Source: Macrostomum lignano (Eukaryota). From it: a DNA stretch of 64,000 nt. The stretch covers positions 105,669-169,668 of the forward strand of contig NIVC01002422.1 of NCBI GenBank assembly GCA_002269645.1. The letters run 5' to 3'. This document shows, in pieces, positions 37,401 through 50,464 of the stretch. Below the pieces are notes generated by a model, which saw nothing but the letters and a program-made list of their open reading frames with translations, had not been told where the DNA came from and ran no database searches. The position numbers and the translations under genes were made by a program. Positions within the stretch are counted from its first letter, which is position 1. The number at the start of each line of letters is the position of its first letter.

Positions 37401-39210
37401 CTCATTACACAAACTGCAGCCTTTGCCTTCATTATTATTCTCTCTTCTATTGTCACTCATGTTGACAACGCCGCTAAAGTGCGTGCGCACCGGCTCTCCA
37501 CGGTCTTGTCATGCTTTCGGTTGCAAAGGGAAAATTTATTCCGATTTTATGTTATGGATATTCGCCACTCTGCTCCATTTCATTCTCTTTCTGCTGTCTA
37601 TTTTCTTGGGCATGAGCTACCACTCACAGTCTCTGTCAACTTTAGGAGAATTGCTCTCGATTATTCTGCGGCTCTCAGGGGAATTGCTCTCGATTAGTCT
37701 GTGGCGGCTCTCGAGGCGGCTCTCAATTGCTCTCGATTAGTCTGCGGCTTTCAGGGGGAATTAGCTTTGGCTTTCAGGGGGAATTGCTCTCGATTAGTCT
37801 GTGGCTTTCAGGGGGAATTGCTCTCGATTAGTCTGTGGCTTTCAGGGGGAATTGCTCTCGATTAGTCTGTGACTGCGGGATTTGTCTTCAATTAATATGG
37901 GAATCGTACTTAGATGATCTACGAATGGATTAGATACAGTGGAATCCAGAAAGTAAAAAAAGGTGGCCATGGCTGAGACTACGGAGCAGACCCACGTTGG
38001 TTGCCGTTAAAACTCCGCCTTTTCTTTGTTGACAAAAGACTGGGCAATCCTTCAACTTTTTGACAGGTTCATCAAAAGCAATAAATATGCCGACAGTCTG
38101 CTTGTCTTCAAGCTTATCGAATGGAATTCCACGCAAGTGGCTCCACTGCCTGGCCAAACGGGTCCAATCGACTGCTTTCAGATCACTTTTCTACTCTTTC
38201 CGTTGTGCGCCGACACTGCTCGACTCGATTGGACTCATCTAACTCCGGATGCCGACCTCCACCGGTGCTGTTTGACAAGTGTTAATTGGCCATTCAACCC
38301 TTTCACTTTCATCACCTGCTGTATCCGATCTCAAGGTACGCGTACTCGCATCGTCAAGTATGGAGGTCACTGGCAGCTCGGTCGTCATCTGACAGAATCA
38401 CTGATTTCTCAAGATCGGTGACGAACCCTGAACAACGTACAGGACTCCTGACACCGGCTTCTGGGGCTTCTCGCTCGCGCTTGTCGCTCCCCTGATGAAT
38501 TTCCACACACTAAGCTTGTACTCCACAGCTTACGCTAGCGAGCCCCAGGTAGCTAAAGCACAGTCACTTCTGTTTTACAAATTCCCACCTGACTTGCAAA
38601 TCCATTCAGAACTTCAGCACACTCCATGCTACTCAACACAAACTGCAGCCTTTGCCTTCAATTATAGTCACTCATGTTGACAACGCCGCTAAAGTGCGTG
38701 CGCACCGGCTCTCCACGGTCTTGTCATGCTTTCGGTTGCAAAGGGAAAATTTATTCCGATTTTATGTTATGGATATTCGCCACTCTGCTCCATTTCATTC
38801 TCTTTCTGCTGTCTATTTTCTTGGGCATGAGCTACCACTCACAGTCTCTGTCAACTTTAGGAGAATTGCTCTCGATTATTCTGCGGCTCTCAGGGGGAAT
38901 TGCTCTCGATTAGTCTGTGGCTTTCAGGGGGAATTGCTCTCGATTAGTCTGCGGCTCTCAGGGGGAATTGCTCTCGATTAGTCTGCGGCTTTCAGGGGGA
39001 TTTGCTCTAGATTAGTCTTTGGCTTTCAGGGGGAATTGCTCTCGATTAGTCTGTGGCTTTCAGGGGGAATTGCTCTCGATTAGTCTGTGGCTTTCAGGGG
39101 GAATTGCTCTCGATTAGTCTGTGACTGCGGGATTTGTCTTCAATTAATATGGGAATCGTACTTAGATGATCTACGTGGGATGGATTAATTACAGTTAATC
39201 CAGAAAACTT
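36570..39210. repeat. About 1.38-kb local tandem duplication of the BEL relic, each copy with a 34-bp minisatellite (37660-37872, 38862-39122)
   Basis: CGGAGCAGACCCACGTTGG at 36601 and 37982; repeat unit GGGGGAATTGCTCTCGATTAGTCTGTGGCTTTCA. Confidence 0.88.
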
Positions 39211-39332
39211 GAACAAAAAGGTGGTGCTTGCATGTCGCTAAGTGTACACGACTTATCTGATCTAGACAGGTAACCTTGAGCAGGAAAATTAAGACTGAAT
39301 TTCTTCATCAAGAGCACACTGTGCCCCATTTC

Positions 39333-39338
39333 TTTATT
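39333..39338 (-). promoter_or_regulatory. Candidate polyadenylation signal (AATAAA) of the CAP-Gly gene
   Basis: TTTATT on the plus strand about 480 nt beyond the stop codon; positional only. Confidence 0.3.
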
Positions 39339-39815
39339 AATATGTCTGCGTGATGGACAGGTCTTCGTCGCACTTTTGTCAAAATAAAAAATGAAGGTTA
39401 AAAATAATTTTTAAAAACTCGTGGACAAAAATAAAAGTCACTAAATGACAATTGTTGCCAGTGTGGATGAACAGGAAAAACGGTACAAAAAAGCAGAGGA
39501 AATTTCTACGAAAGAAAGCAAGCGATGCTGACGATGAGCGGACTAAACTAACTACTGGCAGTAGCATGCACGGGGAGGGGCTGACAAATATAGACTAACT
39601 AGTTCATTTGGGCTTCTGGAAGACACTTTCTAAGCAAAACTTAAATGGAGATTCTCATAGAGTTGCATGAATTCAACTAAAATTAGGCGATATGCTAGTG
39701 GTTTAAAAAAATCAAATGTAAAATATTTAATATAGCAAAACTGAAAATTTATGATTTATCAGCAGTCTGGCTGTATTTCAGCTGGCAGAATTCATCTCAA
39801 AGTCGTCCGGAAGCG

Positions 39816-42800
39816 TCACTTGGACTGGTAGCACATGATCAGCTTGTTGAAGGCCACGAAGACCCCTTTGCGCGACTTGCTGCAATTTTTATGAGCGGAG
39901 GGGTGGAGAGGCGGATGTTGAGCTCTGTGTCACAGAAATATCGGAGCGCAGCCAGGGATACTAACCGGGATGCAGGGATACTAATCGGGATGCCAGGGAT
40001 ACTAACGGGATGCCAGGGATACTAATCGGGATGCCAGGGATACTAATCGGCCAGGGATACTCCGGGATTCCAGGGATACTAACCGGGATGACAGGGATAC
40101 TAACCGGGATGCCAGGGATACTAATCGGGATGCCAGGGATACTAACCGGGATGCCAGGGATACTAACCGGGATGCCAGGGATACTAACCGGGATGCCAGG
40201 GATACTAACCGGGATGCCAGGGATACTAACCGGGATGCCAGGGATACTAACCGGGATGACAGGGATACTAACCGGGATACCAGGGATACTGACCGGGATA
40301 CCAGGGATACTAACCGGGATGACAGGGATACTAACCGGGATACCAGGCTAACCGGGATACCAGGGATACTAACCGGGATACCAGGGATACTAACCGGGAT
40401 GCCAGGCTAACCGGGATGCCAGGGAGGCTAACTGGGATGCCAGGGAGGCTAACCGGGATGCCAGGGATACTAACCGGGATGCCAGGGATACTAACCGGGA
40501 TGCCAGGGAGGCTAACCGGGATGCCAGGAAGGCTAACCGGGATGCCAGGAAGGCTAACCGGGATGCCAGTAATGCTAACCGGGATGCCAGAGGCTAACAG
40601 GATGCCAGGTAGGCTAACCAGGGATGCCAGGGAGGCTAACCGGGATGCCAGGTAGGCTAACCGGATGCCAGGAAGGCTAACAGGGATGTCAGGGAGGCTA
40701 ACGGGATGCAGGGAGGCTATCCAGGATGGGATGCCAGGAAGGCAAACCGGGATTCCAGGAATGCTAACAGGGATGTTAGCATTACTGGAATCCTAGAATC
40801 ATAGTTTGCTAACAGGGATGCCAGGGTCCTAACGCTTCTTTACCCTGGCTTGCACAGCAGATTAAATAAATTTATGGCACAAACTCGCCAAAGCAGCGAA
40901 CGCAAAGCGCCTTTATCAGCCATTTTTTACTCAGGCGGCACAGACTCAATAACTAGTAACTTCACTAACTTGATATTAGTTCGTGCTGCAAATCCGAGAC
41001 CCAGCAATCAAAATGGTGTCACACATCTGTGCATTTGGATAAGTACAAATAGCTATAGAATATGATGCAGTTATTGAGACAAGCTCTTAGAGATATTGTA
41101 GTTACCGTATTTGTAGTGTGCACCATCGTCTTGTGCACCATAGCTAAATCCTCATAGTAAATGCAGCTAAATTTGTAACGGTGCAAACTAGCTATTGCTT
41201 TAATTTGACTACTCTGTGAGAATAAGCAAGTTTATGGCTATCTCTGACCAGTCAGTGGCCCACTTTGCCGGATAGTTTGAGGCCTCCTGGAAGAACAGAT
41301 GGACACAGTACTTTGGCAAAATGCTAACATGCTGACTTTGGCAAAGTGCGAGCATGGAGTTAAATAAAACCGCTCCTCACCACTGAAAGTACCGCCTTCC
41401 GTCGTACACCCCATCGTGCTTGCCCTCCTCGTGGTCGAGCTCCACACCGAGGTACACGTCGTTCCTGCCCGGCAGGCGGCCAATATAGTGCACGAGGCCC
41501 TTGGAGATTCGGCCGCCCTGTCTGGTGAACTTCACCAGATCGCCGGTTCGAATGTCGTTGTGCCGTTTCGGCGCAAACGGATGCCGGCCTAAGGTGGAGA
41601 ACGGGCTGACGACGCACCCTCCGGCTGCTGCGGCTGCTGGCGCCGGGTAGGCGGCGACGGGGGCGTCAGGGGAGGCGACAGCGGAGGCGACGGCGGCCGC
41701 CTTTCTAGAGCCTTGCCAGTCGACCGGTAGACGGCCAGACTGGAGCTGGAGCGGGCGTGCCTGGAGCCGCCGTGCAGCTGCGACGACTGGCGCCTCGGCC
41801 TGTCGCGGCTTCCAACGGCCGCGGAAGAGGAAAAGTCCTGCGTGTACTTGCTGCGGTAGCCGGCTGAAAGATTTAGTAAAGGCGTTGCTATGGTTACCTT
41901 GAATACCTTCTCGATGATTTTGTTTTTCGTTAGCTAACTTTATCTCAATACTCTTTTTATGAAAGAAAACATTTTTCCAGTTCCATGAGAGTTTTTTCTA
42001 GGAAAATTCTACCTTTGTTGTCTAGAAACTCTTATCCAGGAATATTGCTACTAGAAATCTTCCCTGTACAGTATTTGGGACATTAGGATTTTCTTCTGGC
42101 ATGAAAACAGATTGATAAACAGTATCAAATTCTTCACCTTTGCCAGCGTCGAGGCCTTCAAACTCCCGTTCGACATCGGTGAGTATCGTGTCCGTCGATT
42201 CGCCCGAATCGTCAGCTGGCGCGGCCGCCGCAGTCCCGTTGCCGCCGACCGGATCCGCGGCGCCTGAAAGCGACAACGGCGGAACAATCGGGTGTCGCTT
42301 CTTCAACGTCTGCGCGGAGTCCTGCTTGGCTGGCGACCGGGAGCGCGAGTGCCGGTCCAGGGTGGCCGAGGCTGTCAGTTCGAACGGCTGCTCGTAGCGC
42401 TGATAGCTGCGCGCCTCGAACTGGGGCCGCGGCTGTTGCTGCTGCTGGCGGCTCGCTGATATGGCTAGCGGATTGGAGGAGAAATAGAACAGGCCAATGA
42501 GAATTGAGAAATGCAGTCTTCCACAGCTAGAGCAGCCAAAAAGAGACAGACAAAAGAGACGCGGAGGAAGGGGGTGGGACGTCTCCCATTATTATATTAG
42601 CCAACTAGAGACACGAATGGAGGTGAGCGTCTTCCTTGACCAGAACAGCCTATAAGAGACGCGGAGGGAGGTGGGCGTCTTCCTTGACCAGAACAGCCAA
42701 TAAGAGACGCAGAGGGAGGTGGGCGTCTTCCTTGACCGGAGCAACCAATAAGAGAAGCTGAGGGAGGTGGGCGCCTTGACCGCAATAGCCAATAAGAAAC

Positions 42801-45800
42801 GCGGAGGCAGTAGAGGGACACGCCTAATGACATACTAGGCTTTTATAATGAATTATAAGAAAAAACATTGACAGGATGCTACGAGTAATACCTAAAATAA
42901 GAAATATAGGATTTTGCTAGATGAAGGAAAAACAACGAAAGGAAAAATAATATTTGCACTATTGTAACGTAATTAGCGCATTGAAGACGCAGCGTTCAAC
43001 ATCAGAATGAAAACAAAAATTAGGGAAAGCGCTGCTGTACCGGACAAAGCGCTTTCTGAAAACGTTTGGATCCGGTCCTTTATTAAAGGTTACTTTTTTA
43101 ATTCGTATGTTTACATCGAGAAAGTATCGAATTTACCCTTCAAGTGGTAATCTTAGAATGAATCTGGGTATTAACTGGCTGCGTTTATTGCATAGTAAAA
43201 GCCAAATATTATTGTATTGGCCAAGTAGCTGGCGACCCGCGCCAGCAACTCACAGCTGACATCGGCTATGGACACGGCTCGAAAGCCGGAGTCCAGCCCG
43301 CGATGTGGCTGGCTCAGTGAAGCTCTGCTGGCTGAGTCTGCAATTATTATACGGACGTTGCCTGTGGTCCGACGTCTTCTTGTGCTTCAAGTCCAGTTCT
43401 GGCTGCGACCTTTTCTTTCTAGTTTGAGATACTATTTAGAAAATCAAATGAGACAGGGGGTAGAGGGAAACCCCAAGAATAGACAATGGGGTAGAGGGGA
43501 AACTCCAAAGATAAACAAGAGAGACGGGGAGCCCCAAGAACAGACAAGAGGGGGAACCCCAAGGATAGACGGGGGTAGAGGGGGAACTCCAAGGATAGAC
43601 GGGGGTAGAGGGGGAACCCCAAGGATAGACGGGGTAAGAGGGGGAACCCCCAGTATAGACAGGGGTAGAGGGGGAACCCCAAGGATAGACATAGGATAGA
43701 CAAGGATAGAGAAGGGAAAAGTGTGACCCATTAAATGCATAGTAGTACTTACAAAGTAGTAGTACGTACGAAGTTTGTTAATAGTACAAAAATCAATTAC
43801 AAAGAATTTGAAGCAAATTGAAATGCGTAACTGCCGGTTTTTCACTTTAACGAATAATCATCGGCTTGATTAAGAGTGGACACTCGATTGACAGGAAATT
43901 CTTCCACATGCATGTACGAAGCGGCAATGTTCTCTCACCTCCGAGACTGCCGCCTACGCCATCGTAATACAGCGCGCGATGATGGAAGCTGGACAGGGAA
44001 GAGTCGGTTCCGTGGGTCCCGGCTTGCAGGCGTCGGTTCTCCTGCATCAGCAGGTTGTTCCTCTCGCTGAGGGCGTCCATCTCGGTGCGCAGGCCGCCGA
44101 CCTCGTCGCGCAAGTATGACATGTCTGGCCGCTCTTTCTGGCGCAGACGCGTCACCTGGATATAGGGAATTTCACCTGTTACTGAGGATAACGCACCGGA
44201 TAGAGCCTGGAGGTCTCGAATTCGATTCCTATTGAGGCTTAAGAATTCGCTTGCTAAATCACATGGCCTCAAGAAAGCATACCGGTAAATGTTTTGCCCG
44301 ACCCCACCTCTGGCCTGCCCAAAACCCCGCTTCACCTCTCCCTCGGCCCACCCCACCCCACCATCCTGCCTCACCCCAAGGACGACTAAAGTAATATACA
44401 ATATATACTTTAGTAGTCCTTGCCCAACCCCACATCGCCAGCCAATCTCACCCCGCCTCCGGTCTGCCGCACCCCACCATCCTACCCCACCCAACGCCGC
44501 CAGCCTATCTCACTCCGCCTCCGCCTTGCCCCGCTCCCCTGCCCCGCCCGCCTCCAGGGCCTCCCCCTCGCTGATTGGCCAGCCAGACTGTACCATTTTC
44601 CTACTACTCATTCGATGCTAAAATCCTGTTAAAAAATCTTAAACTGGAGAGTTAAGGCGCAAACTGAGTGCGGCTAACTTAACCCAGCGAATCGAACCCA
44701 TGGACTTTTTCAGGTGGCAAACCGAATGCCTTCAAATACCTCATTGCGCAGCACCCGATTCTCCACCGTCAGCTCTTCGACGGTGGCTCTCAGCCGACTG
44801 TCTGAGGCGGGACTCCAGCTGGGCAGGTTGTTGCCGATCTGCTGTTGCTGCTTCTGTTGCTGCTGCTGCGGAGACTGGCCACCGGCGCTGCTCTGCCTCA
44901 TCGTTTCGTTGGCTTCGTGCAGGTCGGCAATCTGCTGTTCCAGATCAACTAGAAAGTGGCATAGTGTAGTTGCAATTCAATTAGAAATTGCTTTCTGAAA
45001 AAAGCTACTTTTATTACTTACTAGTAGGATAGCGAGGTTAAGTCTTTAAAATCGAAAACCGTGTCCTATTTAGTTGGGGGCTTCCAACTGTGCCGTACCC
45101 CAGTGAGCCCCTGTGCTCTCAAAGATGCTCATCTACGATTGAGTAGCCACTTATGCGACCTTCTAACTGTCAGCTTAGTCGTCGCTGCCATTTTCTTTCT
45201 TTACCCAAGCGGTCTCAACTGCACCGGCCTCAAGCTTCCGCTGAGGAGGCCTCGTGAGTCACAGATGCCTCTGTTATGTCGCTCTCTCTCTCACTTTCTC
45301 TCACAGCTTTTTCCTCCTAGCCAGTCGCAATTGAGTCGGCGGGTTATTGCCAACGATGAGCAAACAGAGCGGCCCACGTCCCCCGTTGACGAGCTCCGCT
45401 GAGCAAACTCAACGGGAGACGGGACGAGCGGAGCGGCAGGTCAGCGGTTGAGTTGAGCAACTCAGTTTAATGAAATTGAGAGAGTGAGAGAAATATTGAG
45501 GCCCGATGGAGAGAGGCTGAGCAGACTTAATCGTTAAAAATTTACAGCACACCCAAAGCCTGTGGCAGCCATAAACTGCTGCTGTCAATGAAGCCACTCA
45601 GAATTGCAATTTGAAAACCATAAAACAGCTTCCTAAACGTCCCTTCCTCCCGCTGGGAATAGGGATCACTATTTAGAACTTTTATTCAGCAAATTGTTGT
45701 TCATTGATGATTGACGAGAAGTCTTCGGAGTCGGCACAGGAGGGAGAATCCTCTAGTAGTAGTAAGAGATTGGCTTGGAATTTCTTTAGGATTTTCTACT

Positions 45801-47573
45801 CACTGATGCGCCGCTTCAGTGCAGCCGGACTGTCGGGGTCGAACTCTGGTAGGCCAGGGTGCTGCTGCTGCGGCTGGGCCGACGGCTGCTGCTTTTGCAA
45901 TTGAAGCGACTCAACCTGCAATCGAAGCTGCTGCATCTCAGTTGCCATGGTTTCCTTTTCAAACAGCAGCCGATCCAGGAGTCGCTGCGACTCGTCCGAG
46001 TCCAGCCGGGGCCGGTCGGCCGACGCGCCGTCCGCCGTAGTGCCGTTCGAGTCGCCGCCGGCAGTGGCAGCTGCGGTGGCCCGGCTTAGCGAGGCCTGCA
46101 GGCGCCGATTCTCTTCTAGAAGGTCGTCAACTCGACGCTGGAGTCGCTGCTGGTCAGGCAGCAACTGCTGATGCTGCAGTTCTGGCTGGTTACGCTGAGC
46201 AGTGGCTGAGTGAGCAGCTGCATCCTCTTCAAGTGCTCGCTGAAAATCAAAGTTTGATTGGCGATAAGCGGCACGTGCGGGAGGGCCCGAGTCGGCCAGA
46301 GTCATTGCTGGCTAACAGTTTGAGGGATCTCTGCTGGCTCAGTTGTCCGCTTTCCAGGCTGAACGCGCTTATTTAGCGATCTAGCAGAAACTTCTCTAGT
46401 AGCAATAGCGGATAATGCGACTGCGCAGATTCCATTGGAGTTTCTTTTGACATTTTTAACTTCCTGTTTTTTTAAAGCCTTATAAACGTTTGAAGCTGAT
46501 TGAGAGTTTTGATGCAACTACACTGAGTAGTGCGCAAGTCTGAGAGAACAGCAATAGGCCAAGAACTACTCGGGGGTTACATTCGCATTTTTAGATTTAC
46601 GCTCGTAATATAGAACTTTTTAAACTTCAGTTTGAGTCTTTCGAATCTAGTGGATCTTAAAATTTTTTTGGAAGTGATCTTTTGAATTTAATTATTCACA
46701 CGTTGATCTTATACAACGTAGACAATTGAATGGGGCACTAAAGGGGCCAAATGTTAAGTACAGGCAGCACTAGAAGTCACAAATGATTATTTTTATGGTC
46801 ACCCATAATAGCTAGGGTAGCCTTCAAAGGTAACATCTATGAGCGTAACATCTATAATAATATAATTGATTACACCTGGCCCCAATTGGGCCAGATGTGC
46901 AACCGACAGCTCAGCCGCAGCTATTGCGCGGCGCATCTGAAGGCTGTTCAGTCCATGGACTGGGGGTCGTCCCACACACCCTCAATTATACCCAAGCTAA
47001 TGCTGGCACCAATTTTAAAGCTGGGTAAACTGAAGCAATTGCTCAAGGACACAAGTTGTTACATTGGGATCGGGAATCGAATCCCCGACCTTTAAGTAGT
47101 GAGTCCGACGCTCTAAGCACTCCCTGCAATCGCTAGGATACTGTATATCAATTCATGACTTTACATGCCGGAGCATATAAACTTACAGAAACTGTTCTGA
47201 CATCAACGCGACTTCCTCCTTTGCTGCTGCTGCCACCGTTTTCGCTACCACCCAGAGCTTGTTTTGGCGGATGCGGCGGCGGAGATGGAGACACCGAGGC
47301 GCTGCCACCTCGCTGATGGCGTCGATCGCGCTCGATTTCAGCGTCCAAATCGAGGAGCAGCTGCTCGGCTCGTGACATACGCGATCTGGGCCTGTCGTCC
47401 GGCTTGACTGGCGACGCCGGCCGTCTCTCAGGAGACGACAGCGACGAAGACTGCTTAATTGGTGACGCAGGACGTCCCTCGGAGGCGGCTTCGGGAGGGT
47501 GATAGCCATTTGAATTGGAGGAGGCTGTGGCGGCGGCCGCCACGGTAGCTTCTTCTTGCGCTGCGGAACTCAT
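39816..47573 (-). CDS. Coiled-coil protein with C-terminal CAP-Gly domain (about 697 aa)
   Basis: Exons 47187-47573, 45804-46239, 44740-44948, 43939-44155, 42138-42464, 41618-41863, 41381-41588 and 39816-39879. Phases all match if 41589-41617 is an intron. CAP-Gly signature: GDLVKFTRQGGRISKGLVHYIGRLPGRNDVYLGVELDHEEGKHDGVYDGRRYFQC-KSRKGVFV. Heptad-like E/Q/L-rich segments occur in exons 2-4. Confidence 0.82.
39950..40830. repeat. 21-bp minisatellite in last intron of CAP-Gly gene
   Basis: Unit GGGATGCCAGGGATACTAACC, grading into GGGATGCCAGGGAGGCTAACC. Confidence 0.93.
42598..42810. repeat. 48-bp repeat (about 4 units) in CAP-Gly intron 4
   Basis: Unit GTCTTCCTTGACCAGAACAGCCAATAAGAGACGCGGAGGGAGGTGGGC. 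Confidence 0.85.
43450..43700. repeat. 30-bp G/A-rich repeat in CAP-Gly intron 4
   Basis: Unit approximately GGGGGAACCCCAAGGATAGACGGGGGTAGA. Confidence 0.85.
46868..47135 (-). mobile_element. tRNA-derived SINE (degenerate)
   Basis: The minus strand reads a tRNA-like head (GTGCTTAGAGCGTCGGACT...GGGGATTCGATTCCC, B-box-like), then TTGTGTCCTTGAGCAA and TTGCTTCAGTTTACCCAGCT, resembling conserved SINE core domains. Boundaries approximate. Confidence 0.55.
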
Positions 47574-49723
47574 GCTTGTCTTTCGGCTGGCATGTTATGG
47601 CTCAGTCTGGAAGAAATTGGACAAAAATTCTTTAGATGCTCTGTGACTTCTAACACATATTAACGCTTACATACATTCATGTCTAAATATCAGGTGCATC
47701 ACAAGCTGTTACAGATCTAGCATGTTATAAAATTTCCTGAGTAGGTATTGAGTAGGTATTTTTAAAACATTTTTTTTTACAAAAAACAACAATTTAGCTA
47801 GGAGATGAAAAATTTTTGAAGCAAAAAACAGGAATTGATTCCCAAAGCTATAAGGCCATTGTAAAAATAGAAAATGTAATGTCTTTTGCGTTATAAGGGA
47901 TTACATTAAGTATATGAGTGATACATATATAATGAATAGATATAATGAATAATTTCTCTCTAGAGATTTAGCTCCAGACTGATTTAAATTCGATACACTA
48001 AATTACATCATAGTGGTGCTCTACCTACGTCTGTACTGGCAAAAAAGAGCTAAAAAATTAAGTCTAATCAAATAGCAACTATACATTGCATGAAAACACC
48101 CAACCCAGAGGTTCAATTATATATTTCTGAAAGGCAAGCTTTCTGGATAAGTATATAATTAATTGCTTAATAAAAGATAATTATTGACTACCAGTTCCGT
48201 CTAATCGTTGCAGTTTGAGTCGTGAATTTTCTTTTATTTTTTAATTTCAATTTATTTTTTAAAAATATTCGTGTTAAAAATGTTCGAATGTAAGTTTTGT
48301 TTGACCATCAAACAAAAGTTAAGATACTTTCTTACACTTTATGTGAAAAAAACACCTTTATTATTCAAAAAATGCACCTTAAACTCTTGTGATGACTATT
48401 ATATCTAGTTAGTGATTTTTGTAATTGTGAAATTTGATATAACTTAAATAAATTGTATCTTTTGCTCTTTCAAAACTAAACTTTATACGAAATCATCTGA
48501 ACCATTTAAAGTTGACGGTGAAATATTTGACTCAATTGAGACTTGATCGGTTCTTGAGTTCTCCTCTGCTATCATTCTGGTGTGTACTGATGCGCAATAA
48601 TGTAGTTAACTCTATACTGAGTAATTCGAGATCCTATTCATTTATACCACATTTTATTGGCATACTTATTTTTACAATGGCGGCATTCATTACTATCTGT
48701 CTGTCTGTACTCTGCAGTCTGCAATACCAATTTTGCTTGGAAATATCCAAAAGTTCAACTGCAAATACTAGTAGCATAATGTCTGTTGATTAAGTAGGTA
48801 TCATAGGCAATATCAAAATAATATTTTAAATAAAGTATACCTGATTGAAATCTGCATATATTGCCCTATAGGCTATATTCTATTGCCCTAAGCCTAAACA
48901 AAGTTAACTTGTAGCTCACAGTCATAGTAAAACTTTATGAAGATGTAAATTATTTGGTCTTGTTTTTTGATAGCTGTTATGTTATTGATTATTTGGATTT
49001 ATAGAAATATTTTATTTTAATATTTTTTAGTTTGTATATAAAATATTTCCCTTTCTTGACCACTTAATAGTTAGTATAAACTTAATATTATAAAAAGTCT
49101 TTAGGCCTATTCGAATGAAACAAAATTATAGGCCTAATTATCTTATATAACATAAATATTAAAGCTTGTTACTTTGTCAGTTTGTTTTTTATCATTTTTA
49201 TTTTGTTAATAAAAACCTAAGAATTAATTTGATTTTAGGTAAAGTTGTTTATTTTGATAGTAAGAGGAATAAGAATACAATAATCAACATGTGAAGAAAG
49301 CAATTTTTTAGAAATTCTATTATGTATTACCATATATGTGTAATACTTAGCCAAGCTAGCCATCTAGCCAATTGGTAAGGGGCCCAGTCAAGCCTATGCT
49401 AGGGTAAGTTAAAAAAAACTCTTATAAATATGAATATAATTCTAATTAGATGACAATTCATTTAGCCTAGGTAATATAGTCATATCTGCTTTTGCTATTT
49501 ATCTAAAATTACTTTAATTTTTATTTAGGTTTCTTTTATATAGACATAGGTATATTACATTTTTGGTCAAAAAGTAAATTGCATGGCTAGTATAAATTAG
49601 GGGGATTGCTCATGTATATTAATTACAATATATTTAGTACACCTAGCTGCATTATTAGATATATTATGATTAAAAGCAAAGAATTTTATTACTAGTGATA
49701 AATTTATATTTTTTGAGCATATA

Positions 49724-50464
49724 TATAGCATTTTGCAGCCCATTTGGGCTTATGCGCATTTAATTTAATCCAAGATACATTTGCCAATGTAATGGAGCTT
49801 TTGTCTATGGTAGCAAGGCTGGCGCAGCAGCATTTAATTTGGTCCAAAAGCATCCATTTGGTCCAAACACTCATGAGACACTCTTGCCTTCTCTCAACTG
49901 TCTGCAGGTTATTGCGCACCACTGGAATGTCAGCGTCTCTACCAGCAATTTTTAGTTGCTTTTCCAGAGCTCTGCTGATAGTCAAAATCTGATAACCAAC
50001 TGGAGCTGTTCCCTCAACTTCTGCTGCATTTTCTGAAATGTCAACAAAGGGTTCGTTTCCACTGCATCGAGTAGCAGTTGGACCTGAGGCTCTCAAGCAA
50101 CTTTCCTTGGCGATTGCCACCCTTTTGCAGGCAATCTCTGCTGGCAGAGTTTCAACGCACTGCTGGATACTGTAAACCACCTTTTCTTTTACATTCAACA
50201 ACCTTGCAATGTCCTTTGGGTGTTCACCTCCATCGAGTGCTTTGATCACAAGCCAATGACATTTGTTCAACAGCCTAGCATATGGTCCACAATTCTGGGA
50301 CTGAGCTGCAAATGAACTAAATGGACCAAATTGATGCTGGTTGGACCAAATTAAATGCCGCTGTGCCAGCCTTGCTACCATAGACAAAAGCTCCATTACT
50401 TTGACAAACATATCTTGGATTAAATTCAATGCGCATAAGCCCAAATAGGCTGCAAAAAGCTATA
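49724..50464 (-). mobile_element. Same IS630/Tc1-like element, independent insertion in opposite orientation
   Basis: Same TIRs (TATAGC...GCTATA) and internal HTH fragment; unrelated AT-rich flanks. Confidence 0.75.

Noticed and set aside
37395-37740. Hydrophobic plus-strand ORFs as membrane proteins
   Set aside because: Antisense to a decayed BEL gag region, duplicated with frameshifts, and no splice or family support.
47040-47135. Functional tRNA gene
   Set aside because: The A box is degenerate, no clean cloverleaf could be drawn, and it continues into SINE-like body sequence.
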